The notes below the pieces were generated by a model. The model searched no databases. It was not told the origin of the DNA and saw only the letters and a list, made by a program, of their open reading frames with translations. Below, piece by piece: positions 1-10,639 of a stretch of 64,000 nucleotides of DNA. Numbering within the stretch: position 1 is the first letter of the stretch; each line of letters starts with the position of its first letter. This DNA is from an uncultured Alphaproteobacteria bacterium (GTDB lineage Bacteria > Pseudomonadota > Alphaproteobacteria > Methylaequorales > Methylaequoraceae). Both the position numbers and the translations under genes were made by a program. The stretch covers positions 5,790-69,789 of the forward strand of contig CACAYF010000005.1 of NCBI GenBank assembly GCA_902536655.1. The letters are read 5' to 3'.

Positions 1-1941
1 AATTGCTTCTCTTTTAGATAATGTTTTTGCTTGAGTATTAGCTTTAACGTTAAATCCAAAAATTCTTGCTTTTGATGCAATTGCAAGGGTTACGTCAGAT
101 TCGTTAATTTCTCCCACTGCACTGTGTATTATTTTAATTGATATCTGTTCAGAGTTCATTTTATTCAGGCTATGTTCAATTGCTTCTTTCGAACCGTGTA
201 CATCAGCTTTAACTATTATAGAAATTACTTTTTTCTCGTCTTGAGATGCACTTTCTATCATTTGATCTATTGAAACTCTTTTAATTGACGAAGTCTCTTC
301 AATTCTTTTCATTCTGGATCTATACTGTGTAACCTCTCTTGCTCTTGCTTCATTGTCTACAACAACCAATTTATCTCCAGAATCTGGAGTTCCAGATAAT
401 CCTAAAAGTTCAATGGGAAAACTAGGTAATGCTTCATTTATCTTTTCAGACGAGTCATTATACATTGCTCTTACTTTACCCCATTCCTTTCCCACGACAG
501 CAATATCGCCAACTTTTAAAGTTCCATTTTGTATAAGAATAGATACGACAGTTCCCTTTCCCTTTTCTATCTTTGATTCAATAACGGTCCCATCTGCATT
601 TCTATTCGGATTAGCTCTTAATTCTAAAATTTCAGATTGAAGTATTATTGACTCTAAAAGATCATCTATTCCTATCTTTGTTTTCGCCGAAACTTTAACG
701 AAAACATTCTGTCCACCCATATTTTCACTAATTATTTCGTGCTTCATTAAATCAGATTCAACTTTGTCAGCGTTGGCTGTTGGGAGATCTATCTTATTAA
801 TTGCAACTATAATCGGACATCCAGAGGCTTTGGCGTGGCTAATAGCCTCTATTGTTTGTTCGTTAACACTGTCATCAGCAGCAACAACAAGGACTATTAC
901 GTCTGTAATGTTAGACCCTCTTGCCCGCATTTGACTGAAAGCCGCGTGTCCAGGTGTATCAATAAAAGTTATAAATTGTCCACTTTTAGCTTTAACCATA
1001 TAAGATCCTATATGTTGAGTTATTCCGCCAGCTTCAGTCGAAGCAACTTTTTTTTCTCTAATTACGTCAAGAAGAGATGTTTTTCCGTGATCAACATGAC
1101 CCATCACAGTTACTACAGGTGGTCTTGGGAGAAGATCTTGTTCTGAGTCTGAAGGTCCAGTTAACCCAACTTCAACATCAGATTCACTTACACGTTTAGG
1201 AATGTGACCAAATTCAATTACTAACAATTCAGCTGTATCACTGTCAATTGTTTGATTAATAGTTGCCATAACTCCAAGTTTCATTAGAGACTTAATCAAA
1301 TTTGACGACTTTTCAGCCAGACGTGATGCAAGTTCGTTAACAGTTATGACATCTGGAATTATAACTTCTTTCTTTTTTCTTTCTTTATTTTCTTGATTTT
1401 CCTTATTTTCTGATCTTATTACGTTTCTAAGCTTTGCCTTCTCTCTTGCTCTTTTTATCGCAGCAAGTGATCTTACCTTTTCATTGTCATCATCAAGAGC
1501 TTGAGAGATTGTTAGTTTTCCTTGTCTTCTATTTTCAAAGCTTTTTTGAGTTTTTACAAACTTCGGTTGTTTAGGTTTATCAACTACTTCTTTAATTGGT
1601 TCGTCACTAATTTTATTTTCAGCGAAATTTTTTGTTGTAGTTTTCTTAAAATCTCTTTTATCATTTTTTTCAACTGAAGTTTCATTTGTATTTTCTGTAA
1701 CTGCTATTTCAGTATTTTCTTTCTTATTTATTTGTTCTGATTGTGTTAATGAAATATCAGGTGATTTTGGTTGCTCAACTTTTTCATTTTTTGAACCACT
1801 GATTGACCTCTTTTTTTTTACTTCAACTGATACAGACCTGCTTCTTCCATGAGAAAAACTCTGTTTTATTTGACCAGCGTTTATTGTCTTCTTAAGTTGC
1901 AATTTGCCGGCTAATTTATTATTATTTTCATTTTCTGTCAT
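1..1941 (-). CDS. infB: translation initiation factor IF-2 (3' end truncated by window edge)
   Basis: Minus-strand ATG at 1941 gives MTENENNNKLAGKLQLKK. The reverse complement near 1075-1120 encodes the G1 P-loop VVTVMGHVDHGKT. It follows nusA on the same strand, which is the conserved order. Confidence 0.85.
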   Translation of the reverse strand, partial: MTENENNNKLAGKLQLKKTINAGQIKQSFSHGRSRSVSVEVKKKRSISGSKNEKVEQPKSPDISLTQSEQINKKENTEIAVTENTNETSVEKNDKRDFKKTTTKNFAENKISDEPIKEVVDKPKQPKFVKTQKSFENRRQGKLTISQALDDDNEKVRSLAAIKRAREKAKLRNVIRSENKENQENKERKKKEVIIPDVITVNELASRLAEKSSNLIKSLMKLGVMATINQTIDSDTAELLVIEFGHIPKRVSESDVEVGLTGPSDSEQDLLPRPPVVTVMGHVDHGKTSLLDVIREKKVASTEAGGITQHIGSYMVKAKSGQFITFIDTPGHAAFSQMRARGSNITDVIVLVVAADDSVNEQTIEAISHAKASGCPIIVAINKIDLPTANADKVESDLMKHEIISENMGGQNVFVKVSAKTKIGIDDLLESIILQSEILELRANPNRNADGTVIESKIEKGKGTVVSILIQNGTLKVGDIAVVGKEWGKVRAMYNDSSEKINEALPSFPIELLGLSGTPDSGDKLVVVDNEARAREVTQYRSRMKRIEETSSIKRVSIDQMIESASQDEKKVISIIVKADVHGSKEAIEHSLNKMNSEQISIKIIHSAVGEINESDVTLAIASKARIFGFNVKANTQAKTLSKREAI

Positions 1942-1947
1942 CTTGGT

Positions 1948-3462
1948 TCAACTTTTATACCAATGTTTTCGTGAATTCATAATTATTTCGTCAGCTTTAT
2001 CTTGATCCATGTCTCTAAAAATATCTATCAATTCTGAATTGGATAAATCTGCAAGCTGGTCTCTAGTTTTGATATTATTCTCTTTAAGTTTTAAAAGTTG
2101 ATCTATATTAAAAAGTTTTGTAGTCAACAAATAATCATCGAATCCAGATTCCTTTAACTTGTCTAAATTCTCAACCCTAATTTTCTCAGCACAAACTTTA
2201 GCTCTTTGAATTAGCTCTTTTGATAAATTTTCATCAAAGCCCTCTATCGATGTTAGTTCCTCGAGCGAGACCATTGCAATTTCATCAATTGATGTAAAAC
2301 CCTCGGTTACTAGCAAATGAGCGATAACTTCGTCAACATCTAATAAACTTATAAATTTTTGAGATAAATTTTTAAATTCTTCATTTCTTCTGTCAGACTC
2401 CTGTGAAGTTGTTAAGATATCAATACTCCAGCCAGTTAGTGAACTTGCTAATCTGACGTTTTGGCCTTTTCTTCCGATTGCCAGGCTAAGTTGTTCGTCT
2501 GGAACTATAACATCAATCTTCTTCAGATCCTCCTCTATAATTACTTTATCAACCTCTGCTGGTCCTAATGCGTTAACAACAAATGTTGCAATATCTTCTG
2601 ACCAAAGCACAATATCAATTTTCTCTCCTTGCAACTCGTTAACCACAGCCTGAACCCTACTACCTCTCATTCCAACACAAGCTCCAACTGGATCAATACT
2701 TTTCTCCTTGGTATAAACTGCAATTTTAGCTCTACTTCCAGGATCACGGGCAACAGACTTTACCTCTATTATTCCATCATAAATTTCTGGAACTTCTTGA
2801 AAAAACAATTTTACTAAAAAGTTATTATGTGCTCTTGATAAAAAAATTTGTGGACCCTTTAAATCGTGTTTAACTTCATTGATATAAGCTCTTATTCTGT
2901 CTGATCTCCTAAATACTTCCCTATTTAAAAGTTCTTCTCTCCGCAAAATTGCTTCACCTTTTCCTAAATCTACAATCAAGTTTCCGTATTCAACTCTTTT
3001 TATTACACCGTTGACTATTTCGCCAACCTTGTCTTTAAATTCATTGAATTGCATAATCTTTTCAGCTTCTTTCACTTTTTGAAAGATAACTTGTTTAGCT
3101 GTTTGTACTGCAATTCTTCCAAAATCAAGAGGAGGCAACTCCTCTCTTAGAAATTCACCTATTTTTAGAGATTTATTTTTCACATCAGACATATTAATTT
3201 TATTTATTCTATCTTCAGATGGTAATATCTCTGTGTTCTCAACAACTTCTTGGTATCTGTACAAACCTATCTTGCCAGTCTCTCTATCCACATGCGCTCT
3301 AATATCTAATTCAAAACCATATTTTGTTCTTCCAGCTTTAGCGATCGCCATTTCCATCGCTTCTATTACTTCCATTTCATCTATACCCTTTTCTTTAGCA
3401 ATATTTTTAGCGACATCGATAATGTCAAAAGATAAAGAATCTTTAATTTCGTTCTTTTCCAA
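1948..3462 (-). CDS. nusA: transcription termination/antitermination factor NusA
   Basis: 504 aa ORF with S1 and KH domain signatures (IGRKGQNVRLASSLTGW) and an alphaproteobacterial C-terminal extension. Confidence 0.85.
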   Translation of the reverse strand: MEKNEIKDSLSFDIIDVAKNIAKEKGIDEMEVIEAMEMAIAKAGRTKYGFELDIRAHVDRETGKIGLYRYQEVVENTEILPSEDRINKINMSDVKNKSLKIGEFLREELPPLDFGRIAVQTAKQVIFQKVKEAEKIMQFNEFKDKVGEIVNGVIKRVEYGNLIVDLGKGEAILRREELLNREVFRRSDRIRAYINEVKHDLKGPQIFLSRAHNNFLVKLFFQEVPEIYDGIIEVKSVARDPGSRAKIAVYTKEKSIDPVGACVGMRGSRVQAVVNELQGEKIDIVLWSEDIATFVVNALGPAEVDKVIIEEDLKKIDVIVPDEQLSLAIGRKGQNVRLASSLTGWSIDILTTSQESDRRNEEFKNLSQKFISLLDVDEVIAHLLVTEGFTSIDEIAMVSLEELTSIEGFDENLSKELIQRAKVCAEKIRVENLDKLKESGFDDYLLTTKLFNIDQLLKLKENNIKTRDQLADLSNSELIDIFRDMDQDKADEIIMNSRKHWYKS

Positions 3463-3582
3463 TTTATTACCTCTCTGTTTTTCCCTTACAAATTATATAT
3501 CTGTTTTGCAATTTGAAAAGTTTTAGATATTCATACCAAGACTTTGAAGAAACTTAAATAATTTAATATTTTTTTTTAATCT

Positions 3583-4239
3583 TTACTTTTTATAGATAAA
3601 AAAATTAATTCTTCTATTTTCTTTTTTTGCTTTTCTTAAATATTTGGTTGGATATATATTATAATCTTCTAAACTTTGATTGTCAGTTGACTTTAAAAGA
3701 AGTTTAAAGAAATTTTGCTTTAAAAATGATTTTGAAATTTGGTTTGAATAGTCATCGTCATCGGTTGCAATGTATATTTCAGAATTTTTAAAAGTTATTT
3801 GATCTAAATTTTTGACAAATTCTTCATTAATTAATCTTCTTTTTTGGTGTTTTTTTTTTGGCCAAGGATCGGGAAATAATATGAAGATTTTTTTGAAATT
3901 GAAATCACCTTTTATTTCAAAAAATTGGGAGAAGGTTACATTTGAAAAATAAATATTTGATATTTTATATATTTCAATCTCTTTTTTTAACTTCAGTCCA
4001 CCTGAAATAAATGGATCAATTGCAAAAAAAAAATCGTTTTTTTTTATTTGTGACTGAAAGATTAAGTTTTCACCTTTCCCAAAGCCTATTTCAAGATTAA
4101 AATTTTGGTAAAGTTTGTTTAACTTCCTTTTTTTGTTAAGGAGATTCACATCGTTAAAAAAAAACTTGTAATTTTTTAGGTCAATTAAATTAGATCTTTT
4201 AGTTTTTCTGGATTGCCTTCTACCGTAAAATGAGAGCAT
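3583..4239 (-). CDS. trmB: tRNA (guanine-N7)-methyltransferase
   Basis: 218 aa with the FPDPWPKKKH motif typical of TrmB. Confidence 0.7.
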   Translation of the reverse strand: MLSFYGRRQSRKTKRSNLIDLKNYKFFFNDVNLLNKKRKLNKLYQNFNLEIGFGKGENLIFQSQIKKNDFFFAIDPFISGGLKLKKEIEIYKISNIYFSNVTFSQFFEIKGDFNFKKIFILFPDPWPKKKHQKRRLINEEFVKNLDQITFKNSEIYIATDDDDYSNQISKSFLKQNFFKLLLKSTDNQSLEDYNIYPTKYLRKAKKENRRINFFIYKK

Positions 4240-4241
4240 GA

Positions 4242-5417
4242 TTAAAGTTCATTTAATAATTTTTCAGCTAAATCTAGTTTTTCCCATGAAAATGATCCTG
4301 TATTTGATACGTAGTCTCTTCCAAAGTGACCATAGGTAGACGTAGCTTCATAAATAGGTTGATCCAATTTCAAATGGTTTTTTATTCCTTCAGGAGATAA
4401 ATCAACATGATCTTTAATAATATTTATGATTTTATTTGTATCTAAATCTGAGCCACTGTCTGTTTTTAAATAAATTGAAATTGGCTTTGATACTCCAATA
4501 GCATAAGAAAGTTGAAGTAAACATTTTTTAGCAAGTTTTGTAGCTACAACGTTTTTAGCAATATATCTGGCAATATATGCAGCAGATCTATCAACCTTTG
4601 TATAGTCTTTTCCCGAGAAAGCACCACCACCATGTGGAGCTGATCCACCGTAAGTATCAACAATAATTTTTCTACCTGTTAAACCGGTGTCTCCGTCAGG
4701 ACCTCCGATTACAAACCTACCTGTTGGGTTTATTAAAATATTTTCAGATTTTGGAAGAATTTCAGTAGGTAGGGATTCTTCTATTATTTGTATAACTTTT
4801 TTTCTTATTTCTTCATTTTTTACATCTTCAAAATGTTGTGTTGAAACCACAATTGAAGTTATATTTTTTGGTTTATTGTTCTCGTATTGCATTGATACCT
4901 GACTCTTTGAATCAGGACCAAAAAAAGAATTATTGTTTTTTCTATAGTTTGATAAATTCTGAAGAATCTTGTGTGAATAATGAATCGGTGCGGGCATTAA
5001 AAAATCAGTTTCAGAACAGGCATAACCAAACATTATTCCCTGATCGCCTGCACCTATAACTTCTGAATCGTCGACTCCCTGAGAAATGTCTTGAGATTGA
5101 TTATGTAAATAGTTCTCTATCTCTAATTTTTCCCAATGAAAACCATCTTGCTCATACCCAATATCTTTAATTTTTTCTCTTATTTTCCGGTGTATAATTT
5201 CATCATCTACCTCTTGATGGTTTTGATTTATTTTAACCTCTCCTGATAAGATAACTCTATTTGTTGTAGCAAGAGTTTCGCATGCTACTCTTGAGTTTTT
5301 GTCTGCTTTCATATAAAGATCGACAACTAAATCCGAAATTTGGTCACATATTTTGTCAGGATGTCCCTCTGAAACTGATTCACTAGTAAAAATAAAATTT
5401 GTAGAGTTATTTGACAT
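4242..5417 (-). CDS. metK: S-adenosylmethionine synthetase
   Basis: 391 aa with FTSESVSEGHPDKICDQISD and GGGAFSGKD motifs. Confidence 0.9.
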   Translation of the reverse strand: MSNNSTNFIFTSESVSEGHPDKICDQISDLVVDLYMKADKNSRVACETLATTNRVILSGEVKINQNHQEVDDEIIHRKIREKIKDIGYEQDGFHWEKLEIENYLHNQSQDISQGVDDSEVIGAGDQGIMFGYACSETDFLMPAPIHYSHKILQNLSNYRKNNNSFFGPDSKSQVSMQYENNKPKNITSIVVSTQHFEDVKNEEIRKKVIQIIEESLPTEILPKSENILINPTGRFVIGGPDGDTGLTGRKIIVDTYGGSAPHGGGAFSGKDYTKVDRSAAYIARYIAKNVVATKLAKKCLLQLSYAIGVSKPISIYLKTDSGSDLDTNKIINIIKDHVDLSPEGIKNHLKLDQPIYEATSTYGHFGRDYVSNTGSFSWEKLDLAEKLLNEL

Positions 5418-5439
5418 AAGCCTTACTAGTATTTCAAAA

Positions 5440-6969
5440 TTAGAAAACTTTCAAATCTTTTCTTTTTTTTATTAAAAAGTCACATAGAATGCAGATAAAC
5501 AGTATTACTAAAATTAAATATATCAAAATTATATTTTTGTGTGTCATAAAGAAGGTTTCGTTTTTTCCTAAATTCAATTCGTGATCAATAAAACCGCCGG
5601 TATTCAAACCTAATCTCTTTAAAATCTTTCCATTTTCATCAGTTATGACAGAAATTCCAGAGTTTGCAGAGCGGACTAGTGGAACCCCTTTTTCAACTGA
5701 TCGAAAAATAGATGCAGTCAAATGTTGTTTAGGTCCGGTAAAGTTTCCAAACCAAGCATCGTTGGTAATGTTTATTAAAAGTTCAATTTTTTTCCTGTTA
5801 AATGTTTGAAATATCGCTTCATAACAAATTGAGGGCTCAAGATATATTTTTCCGTGTTCCAATTCCAAAAACAGAATTTCATCCATATCTCCCCTACTAA
5901 AATCTGTTTGTCCAGGTGTTAGTTTGAATATATTAAACAAAAATCGAAATGGTATAAATTCTCCAAAAGGCACCAATTTTTTTTTATCGTAAAAAATTAA
6001 GTCATCTTTTTTTATAATGTAAAAGGAATTGAAAACTTTAAAATCACCACCGTAAAATTCTCTTCTCAACCCACCAGTAATTATGACTGTATTCTCATCA
6101 ATTTTTTGTTTAATGTAATTAATGAGATCAGCATTCTCGTTTAAAAAGCCTGTTATTGCTGCCTCTGGCCAGACTACTAAAAGCTCCTCTTTTTTTACTT
6201 TACTCGACAACGTCAATAGTTTATCTAAATGTTCTTGAAACAAGGTGCGATCCCACTTTTTATTTTGAGCAATATTAGGTTGTACTACTCTTACAGAGAT
6301 AGTTTTAGATACAGATTGGTTTTCTTTAAATGGGAATATCGAGAAAGATATCAAAAAAATTGGAAATAAAATTAAAGGAATTATAAAACTAAGATCTTTT
6401 TTTGTCAGGCATAATACTATTGTAATGATCCATAAAATTGTCAAAAAAGAAAGACCAAATACCCCAATAAAAGATGAAATTTTAATAAAATTTTCATTAA
6501 AAATCCAAAGATGTGCATAAAGGTTAAAGGGCAATCCACCAAAAATATTTGATCTTAATATTTCAAATATAAAAATAAAAAAAGAAATTAATAAAGTCTT
6601 AGTAAAGAAAAAGTCATTTATTTTTTGGAAATTTATAAATTTGTTAATAAAATAACACGGAAAAGCGAAGAAAAAGCCCATCAAAGATGGAAAAATAATT
6701 AAAACCAAAGGGGCCAAAATTTTGTGTTCTTCATAAACTAAAAAAGGATTCACAATCCAATGCATGGAAGCGAGAAAAAAACCTACTCCAAACAACCAGC
6801 CAGAAAATAAAGAATTGAGTTTGCGATCGTTGCAAAATAAACCTTTTATTAAAATATAGTGTCCAAGGATCAAAAAAGGAATTAAGATCGAGGAAAAAAA
6901 GGAAACACCACTTAATAAACCACCAACGAAAAATGTAATATAGGTTTTACTTTTATTTAACATTAACAA
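5440..6969 (-). CDS. lnt: apolipoprotein N-acyltransferase
   Basis: 509 aa with N-terminal multi-TM region and C-terminal CN-hydrolase domain (VVWPEAA). Lies downstream of corC as in the ybeZYX-lnt cluster. Confidence 0.75.
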   Translation of the reverse strand: MLMLNKSKTYITFFVGGLLSGVSFFSSILIPFLILGHYILIKGLFCNDRKLNSLFSGWLFGVGFFLASMHWIVNPFLVYEEHKILAPLVLIIFPSLMGFFFAFPCYFINKFINFQKINDFFFTKTLLISFFIFIFEILRSNIFGGLPFNLYAHLWIFNENFIKISSFIGVFGLSFLTILWIITIVLCLTKKDLSFIIPLILFPIFLISFSIFPFKENQSVSKTISVRVVQPNIAQNKKWDRTLFQEHLDKLLTLSSKVKKEELLVVWPEAAITGFLNENADLINYIKQKIDENTVIITGGLRREFYGGDFKVFNSFYIIKKDDLIFYDKKKLVPFGEFIPFRFLFNIFKLTPGQTDFSRGDMDEILFLELEHGKIYLEPSICYEAIFQTFNRKKIELLINITNDAWFGNFTGPKQHLTASIFRSVEKGVPLVRSANSGISVITDENGKILKRLGLNTGGFIDHELNLGKNETFFMTHKNIILIYLILVILFICILCDFLIKKRKDLKVF

Positions 6970-7789
6970 GAATTCGTTTGATTTTTCTTGTATCCGCGTC
7001 TCTTATTGTAAATTCCAAACCACTTTTATGGTTAATAACTTCTCCTCTGCTTGGAATCTTGCCTAATAAATTAAAAACCAAACCTCCAACTGTATCAATA
7101 TCTTCTTTTTCTTCATCAGTAAAATAACCACCAATCTTTTTTTCTAAATCTTCAACAGGTAATCTAGCTGAAACATCGTATGTTTTTTTAGAAATTTTCT
7201 TTATCTCTCCAATTTCTTCAAAATCGTGTTCATCTTTTATTTCACCAACTATCTCCTCAACAAGGTCCTCGATTGTAACTAGTCCATTAGTACCTCCAAA
7301 TTCGTCAACGACTATTGACATGTGAATTTGTTCTGATCTCATTTTTAATAAAAGGTCAAGAATCTTCATTGAAGGAGATGAAAATAGAATCTTTCTTGTT
7401 ATTGTTTTTGAAAGACTTGTATTTTCTTTTTTTTTGTTGTTGTTAACTTTTTCAAATAAATCTCTAATGTGAATCATACCAATAATCTTATCTAAATTAT
7501 CTTGAAAAACAGGAATTCTAGAATGTTTAGTTTTATTTATAAAAGTTATAAGTTTGTCAATTTTTATATCTGAAGAAACCGCGTCTATATCGGCCCTAGG
7601 AATCATTACATCTTCTATACACTTATCACTAAGGTTAATTACATTTTTAAAGATATTTTTAGTTCCGTCATCAATTTTTTCAGAACTACTTTTATTTTCG
7701 TCAATCAAGTCTTCAATCACATTTTTAAGTTCTTCTTTCTGATTTGATCGAAATAATGAAATAAAATTACTGTAAATTTTCTTTATCAT
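6953..7789 (-). CDS. corC: CBS-domain CorC/TlyC (HlyC) family protein
   Basis: 278 aa with CBS pair and CorC_HlyC C-terminal domain. Conserved position between ybeY and lnt. Confidence 0.7.
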   Translation of the reverse strand: MIKKIYSNFISLFRSNQKEELKNVIEDLIDENKSSSEKIDDGTKNIFKNVINLSDKCIEDVMIPRADIDAVSSDIKIDKLITFINKTKHSRIPVFQDNLDKIIGMIHIRDLFEKVNNNKKKENTSLSKTITRKILFSSPSMKILDLLLKMRSEQIHMSIVVDEFGGTNGLVTIEDLVEEIVGEIKDEHDFEEIGEIKKISKKTYDVSARLPVEDLEKKIGGYFTDEEKEDIDTVGGLVFNLLGKIPSRGEVINHKSGLEFTIRDADTRKIKRILVNVK

Positions 7790-8316
7790 GATTCTAAAAG
7801 TATTTTTTTCATAATATCTTTTTCTTTGGCTTCCATAACAATAGATTCTTTAAGGTTTGAATGATCGAATCCATATAAATGTAATGCACTGTGAACAATC
7901 ATATGAAGAAGGTGGTCGAAAAAATTTATTTTTTTCTGATGTGCCTCTGAAAGAATTTTTTCGAGTGAGATTACAATGTCACCTAAGACTAAATAATTAT
8001 CTAAATTACTGATCATTCTTTGTTCATTTTGAGGAAAAGATAAAACGTTAGTAGATTTGTTAATTTTCCTGTATTTTGAATTAATTTTCTTTATCTCTTC
8101 ATTGTTTGTTAAAAAAACTGAAACATACGTTTTCCTTTTTTTATATTCAAGTATTTCAAGAGTTTGATCAACAGATTTTTCAACAAAACTTTTTATTTTT
8201 TTTGTTTTAAAACCCTTTTCACAATCAAACTTGATGTCAATAATTTTTAGGTTACTTTTTTTTATATTTCTCTCCAACTCTTTGGATTTTTTCGAACTCA
8301 TTATATTTAGACACAA
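7786..8316 (-). CDS. ybeY: rRNA maturation endoribonuclease YbeY
   Basis: Metal-binding H-x-x-x-H-x-x-x-x-x-H motif (HMIVHSALHLYGFDH). The true start is probably the internal Met (MSSKK) near 8301. Confidence 0.75.
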   Translation of the reverse strand: MCLNIMSSKKSKELERNIKKSNLKIIDIKFDCEKGFKTKKIKSFVEKSVDQTLEILEYKKRKTYVSVFLTNNEEIKKINSKYRKINKSTNVLSFPQNEQRMISNLDNYLVLGDIVISLEKILSEAHQKKINFFDHLLHMIVHSALHLYGFDHSNLKESIVMEAKEKDIMKKILLES

Positions 8317-9268
8317 TTCTTGAAACTAATGGATTTCTAACCACATCACTTTCTTCAAATTCTATAAACCCAATATCTTTTATATCTTTGAGAATGTTTA
8401 TTGATTCACGAAGGCCTGATTTAGTTCCTGATGGCAGATCAACTTGAGACAAATCACCATTAACAATCATTCTGGAATTTTGACCTAACCTTGTTAAAAA
8501 CATTTTCATTTGTATTGCAGTTGTATTTTGGGATTCATCCAGAATGATAAAAGAATTGGATAAAGTTCTTCCTCTCATAAAAGCCAGGGGTGCGATTTCA
8601 ATCATTCCATTTTCAATTTTTTTCAAAACCTCTGAAAAAGATAGCATATCGTTTAAAGCGTCATAAATTGGTCTTAAATAAGGATCTATTTTTTCTTTTA
8701 AGTCACCTGGGAGGAATCCAAGTCTTTCTCCAGCCTCAACAGCTGGTCTAGATAAAATTATTTTCTCAATTTGTCCAGATTTTAACATTGAAACTGCTAA
8801 CGCAACCGCCAAGTATGTTTTACCTGTTCCAGCAGGTCCACAGCAGAAAACCAAGTCTTTCTTCCTTACTAAATTAAAATATTCTACTTGTTTTTTGGAT
8901 CTTGGTTTTATTAATTTCTTTCCAGCCGTAAAATTTAAGGAATTGATATTTTCTTTATCATCCAGTACTCCTTTTTTAGTATCCTTAAATATATTTATCA
9001 TTCCATAGACTTCACCTTCGTCTAAAAAATTATTCTGTTTTGCATTTTCAAATAATGTTTTAAGTAAATTACAAGTAATTTTTACTTTGTTTACCTCACC
9101 ACTCACCTTGAGAAAATTTCCTCTAGTAATTATTGATACACACATCTTATTTTCAACAATTTTTAGGAACTTATCATGTTCACCAAAAACAATGGGTAAA
9201 ATAGAATTATCACTAAAAGATATTGTCTTAGAAAAAATATTTGAGATTTTATTTAATTCTTTTGCCAA
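8252..9268 (-). CDS. ybeZ: PhoH-like ATPase (YbeZ)
   Basis: Walker A motif CGPAGTGKTYLAV, PhoH family. Sits upstream of ybeY. Confidence 0.8.
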   Translation of the reverse strand: MAKELNKISNIFSKTISFSDNSILPIVFGEHDKFLKIVENKMCVSIITRGNFLKVSGEVNKVKITCNLLKTLFENAKQNNFLDEGEVYGMINIFKDTKKGVLDDKENINSLNFTAGKKLIKPRSKKQVEYFNLVRKKDLVFCCGPAGTGKTYLAVALAVSMLKSGQIEKIILSRPAVEAGERLGFLPGDLKEKIDPYLRPIYDALNDMLSFSEVLKKIENGMIEIAPLAFMRGRTLSNSFIILDESQNTTAIQMKMFLTRLGQNSRMIVNGDLSQVDLPSGTKSGLRESINILKDIKDIGFIEFEESDVVRNPLVSRIVSKYNEFEKIQRVGEKYKKK

Positions 9269-9276
9269 TTGTTTCT

Positions 9277-10608
9277 CTATGCAGATAACTGCCCGTGAAA
9301 TGAATAAGACGTAAGGTCTTCTAGTTTTACATCCAAGAGTTTTCCTACCAGGTTCTTCGAGGAAAAAACGTGAACAGGTTGAAGATGCGGAGTTTTACCT
9401 ACGTATTGATTCTGTTTTTTTCCTTTACCAGAAAAAAGAACTTCTACGGTTTTATCTATAAAAGACAGATTAAATTCGCTTTGATGCTTATTCAAAATAC
9501 TTTGCATCTCTTTTAGTCTCATGTCAGCTACATCTTCATCAATGAAGCTCTCTTTCAACGAAGAGGGTGTACCTGGCCTTGGTGAATATTTAAACGAATA
9601 TGAACTTGCAAATCTGACCTTTTCAATCACTTCCAAAGATTCTTGAAAGTCCTTATCTGTTTCTCCAGGATAACCGACAATAAAATCGGATGAAAAAGCC
9701 ATATTTTTATGAACCTTTTTAATTTTTTTAATCAAACTCAAATAAAAAGATTTATTATGTTTTCTATTCATTTTTTTTAAAATTCGATCAGAGCCAGATT
9801 GAATTGGCAAATGTAAAAATGGCATCAATTTTGGGTTTTTTTTGTGTTGATTTAATAAATTATCGTCAATATCTATCGGATGAGATGTGAGATATCTAAT
9901 CCTCTCTAAGCCCGCGATTTCAGACAAAATTTGGCATAAATCGCTTAGTCTAATTTTTTTTCTCATTCCATCCTTAATTACATCAGACTCATATGAACTT
10001 ACGTTTTGCCCAAGAAGTGTAATTTCTTTAGCACCATTTTTTACCAAGTTAATCGTCTCTGCATATATGTTTTCAACCGATCTTGAAAACTCTGCTCCTC
10101 TTGTGTATGGAACAACACAGAATGAACAAAATTTGTCGCATCCCTCCTGGATTGTAACTAGTTTACTAACTTCTTTGCTTTTGGATGGAATTAATGAAGA
10201 GAATTTATTCTCACACAAAAAATCATTGTACACTTTATCATTATTAGCGTTTTTGAGTATCATTGGTAGCTTGTGAAAACTTTGAGGCCCAAAGACAAAA
10301 TCTACACTTTTGTTTCTTTTAAGAATTTCCTCTCCTTCTGCCTGAGCTACACAACCTGTAACAATAATATGCATTTTTTTGCCAATCTTTTTTTTATTCT
10401 CTTTAAATTTTGAAAGCCTTCCCAAATCTGAATACAACTTCTCTGAAGCTTTTTCCCTAATATGACAAGTGTTAAGAATTGCAATATCAGAATCTTCAAA
10501 ATTGTTTGATTGTTTATACCCATTAAATTCGAGAAGATCGTTAAGTTTTTCGGAGTCATATTGATTCATCTGACATCCATAGGTTTTGATAAAGAACGAT
10601 TGATTCAT
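9277..10608 (-). CDS. miaB: tRNA-2-methylthio-N6-dimethylallyladenosine synthase
   Basis: Radical SAM CxxxCxxC (CDKFCSFC) plus an N-terminal MTTase cysteine cluster and TRAM domain. Confidence 0.85.
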   Translation of the reverse strand: MNQSFFIKTYGCQMNQYDSEKLNDLLEFNGYKQSNNFEDSDIAILNTCHIREKASEKLYSDLGRLSKFKENKKKIGKKMHIIVTGCVAQAEGEEILKRNKSVDFVFGPQSFHKLPMILKNANNDKVYNDFLCENKFSSLIPSKSKEVSKLVTIQEGCDKFCSFCVVPYTRGAEFSRSVENIYAETINLVKNGAKEITLLGQNVSSYESDVIKDGMRKKIRLSDLCQILSEIAGLERIRYLTSHPIDIDDNLLNQHKKNPKLMPFLHLPIQSGSDRILKKMNRKHNKSFYLSLIKKIKKVHKNMAFSSDFIVGYPGETDKDFQESLEVIEKVRFASSYSFKYSPRPGTPSSLKESFIDEDVADMRLKEMQSILNKHQSEFNLSFIDKTVEVLFSGKGKKQNQYVGKTPHLQPVHVFSSKNLVGKLLDVKLEDLTSYSFHGQLSA

Positions 10609-10639
10609 GTATATAATTAATTAAATAATTTTTAGTCTT

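Noticed and set aside
353-1146. Two plus-strand ORFs (95 and 103 aa) at the start of the window
   Set aside because: They lie antisense inside infB, whose minus-strand translation shows the IF-2 GTPase motifs. Their composition is low-complexity, so they are spurious.
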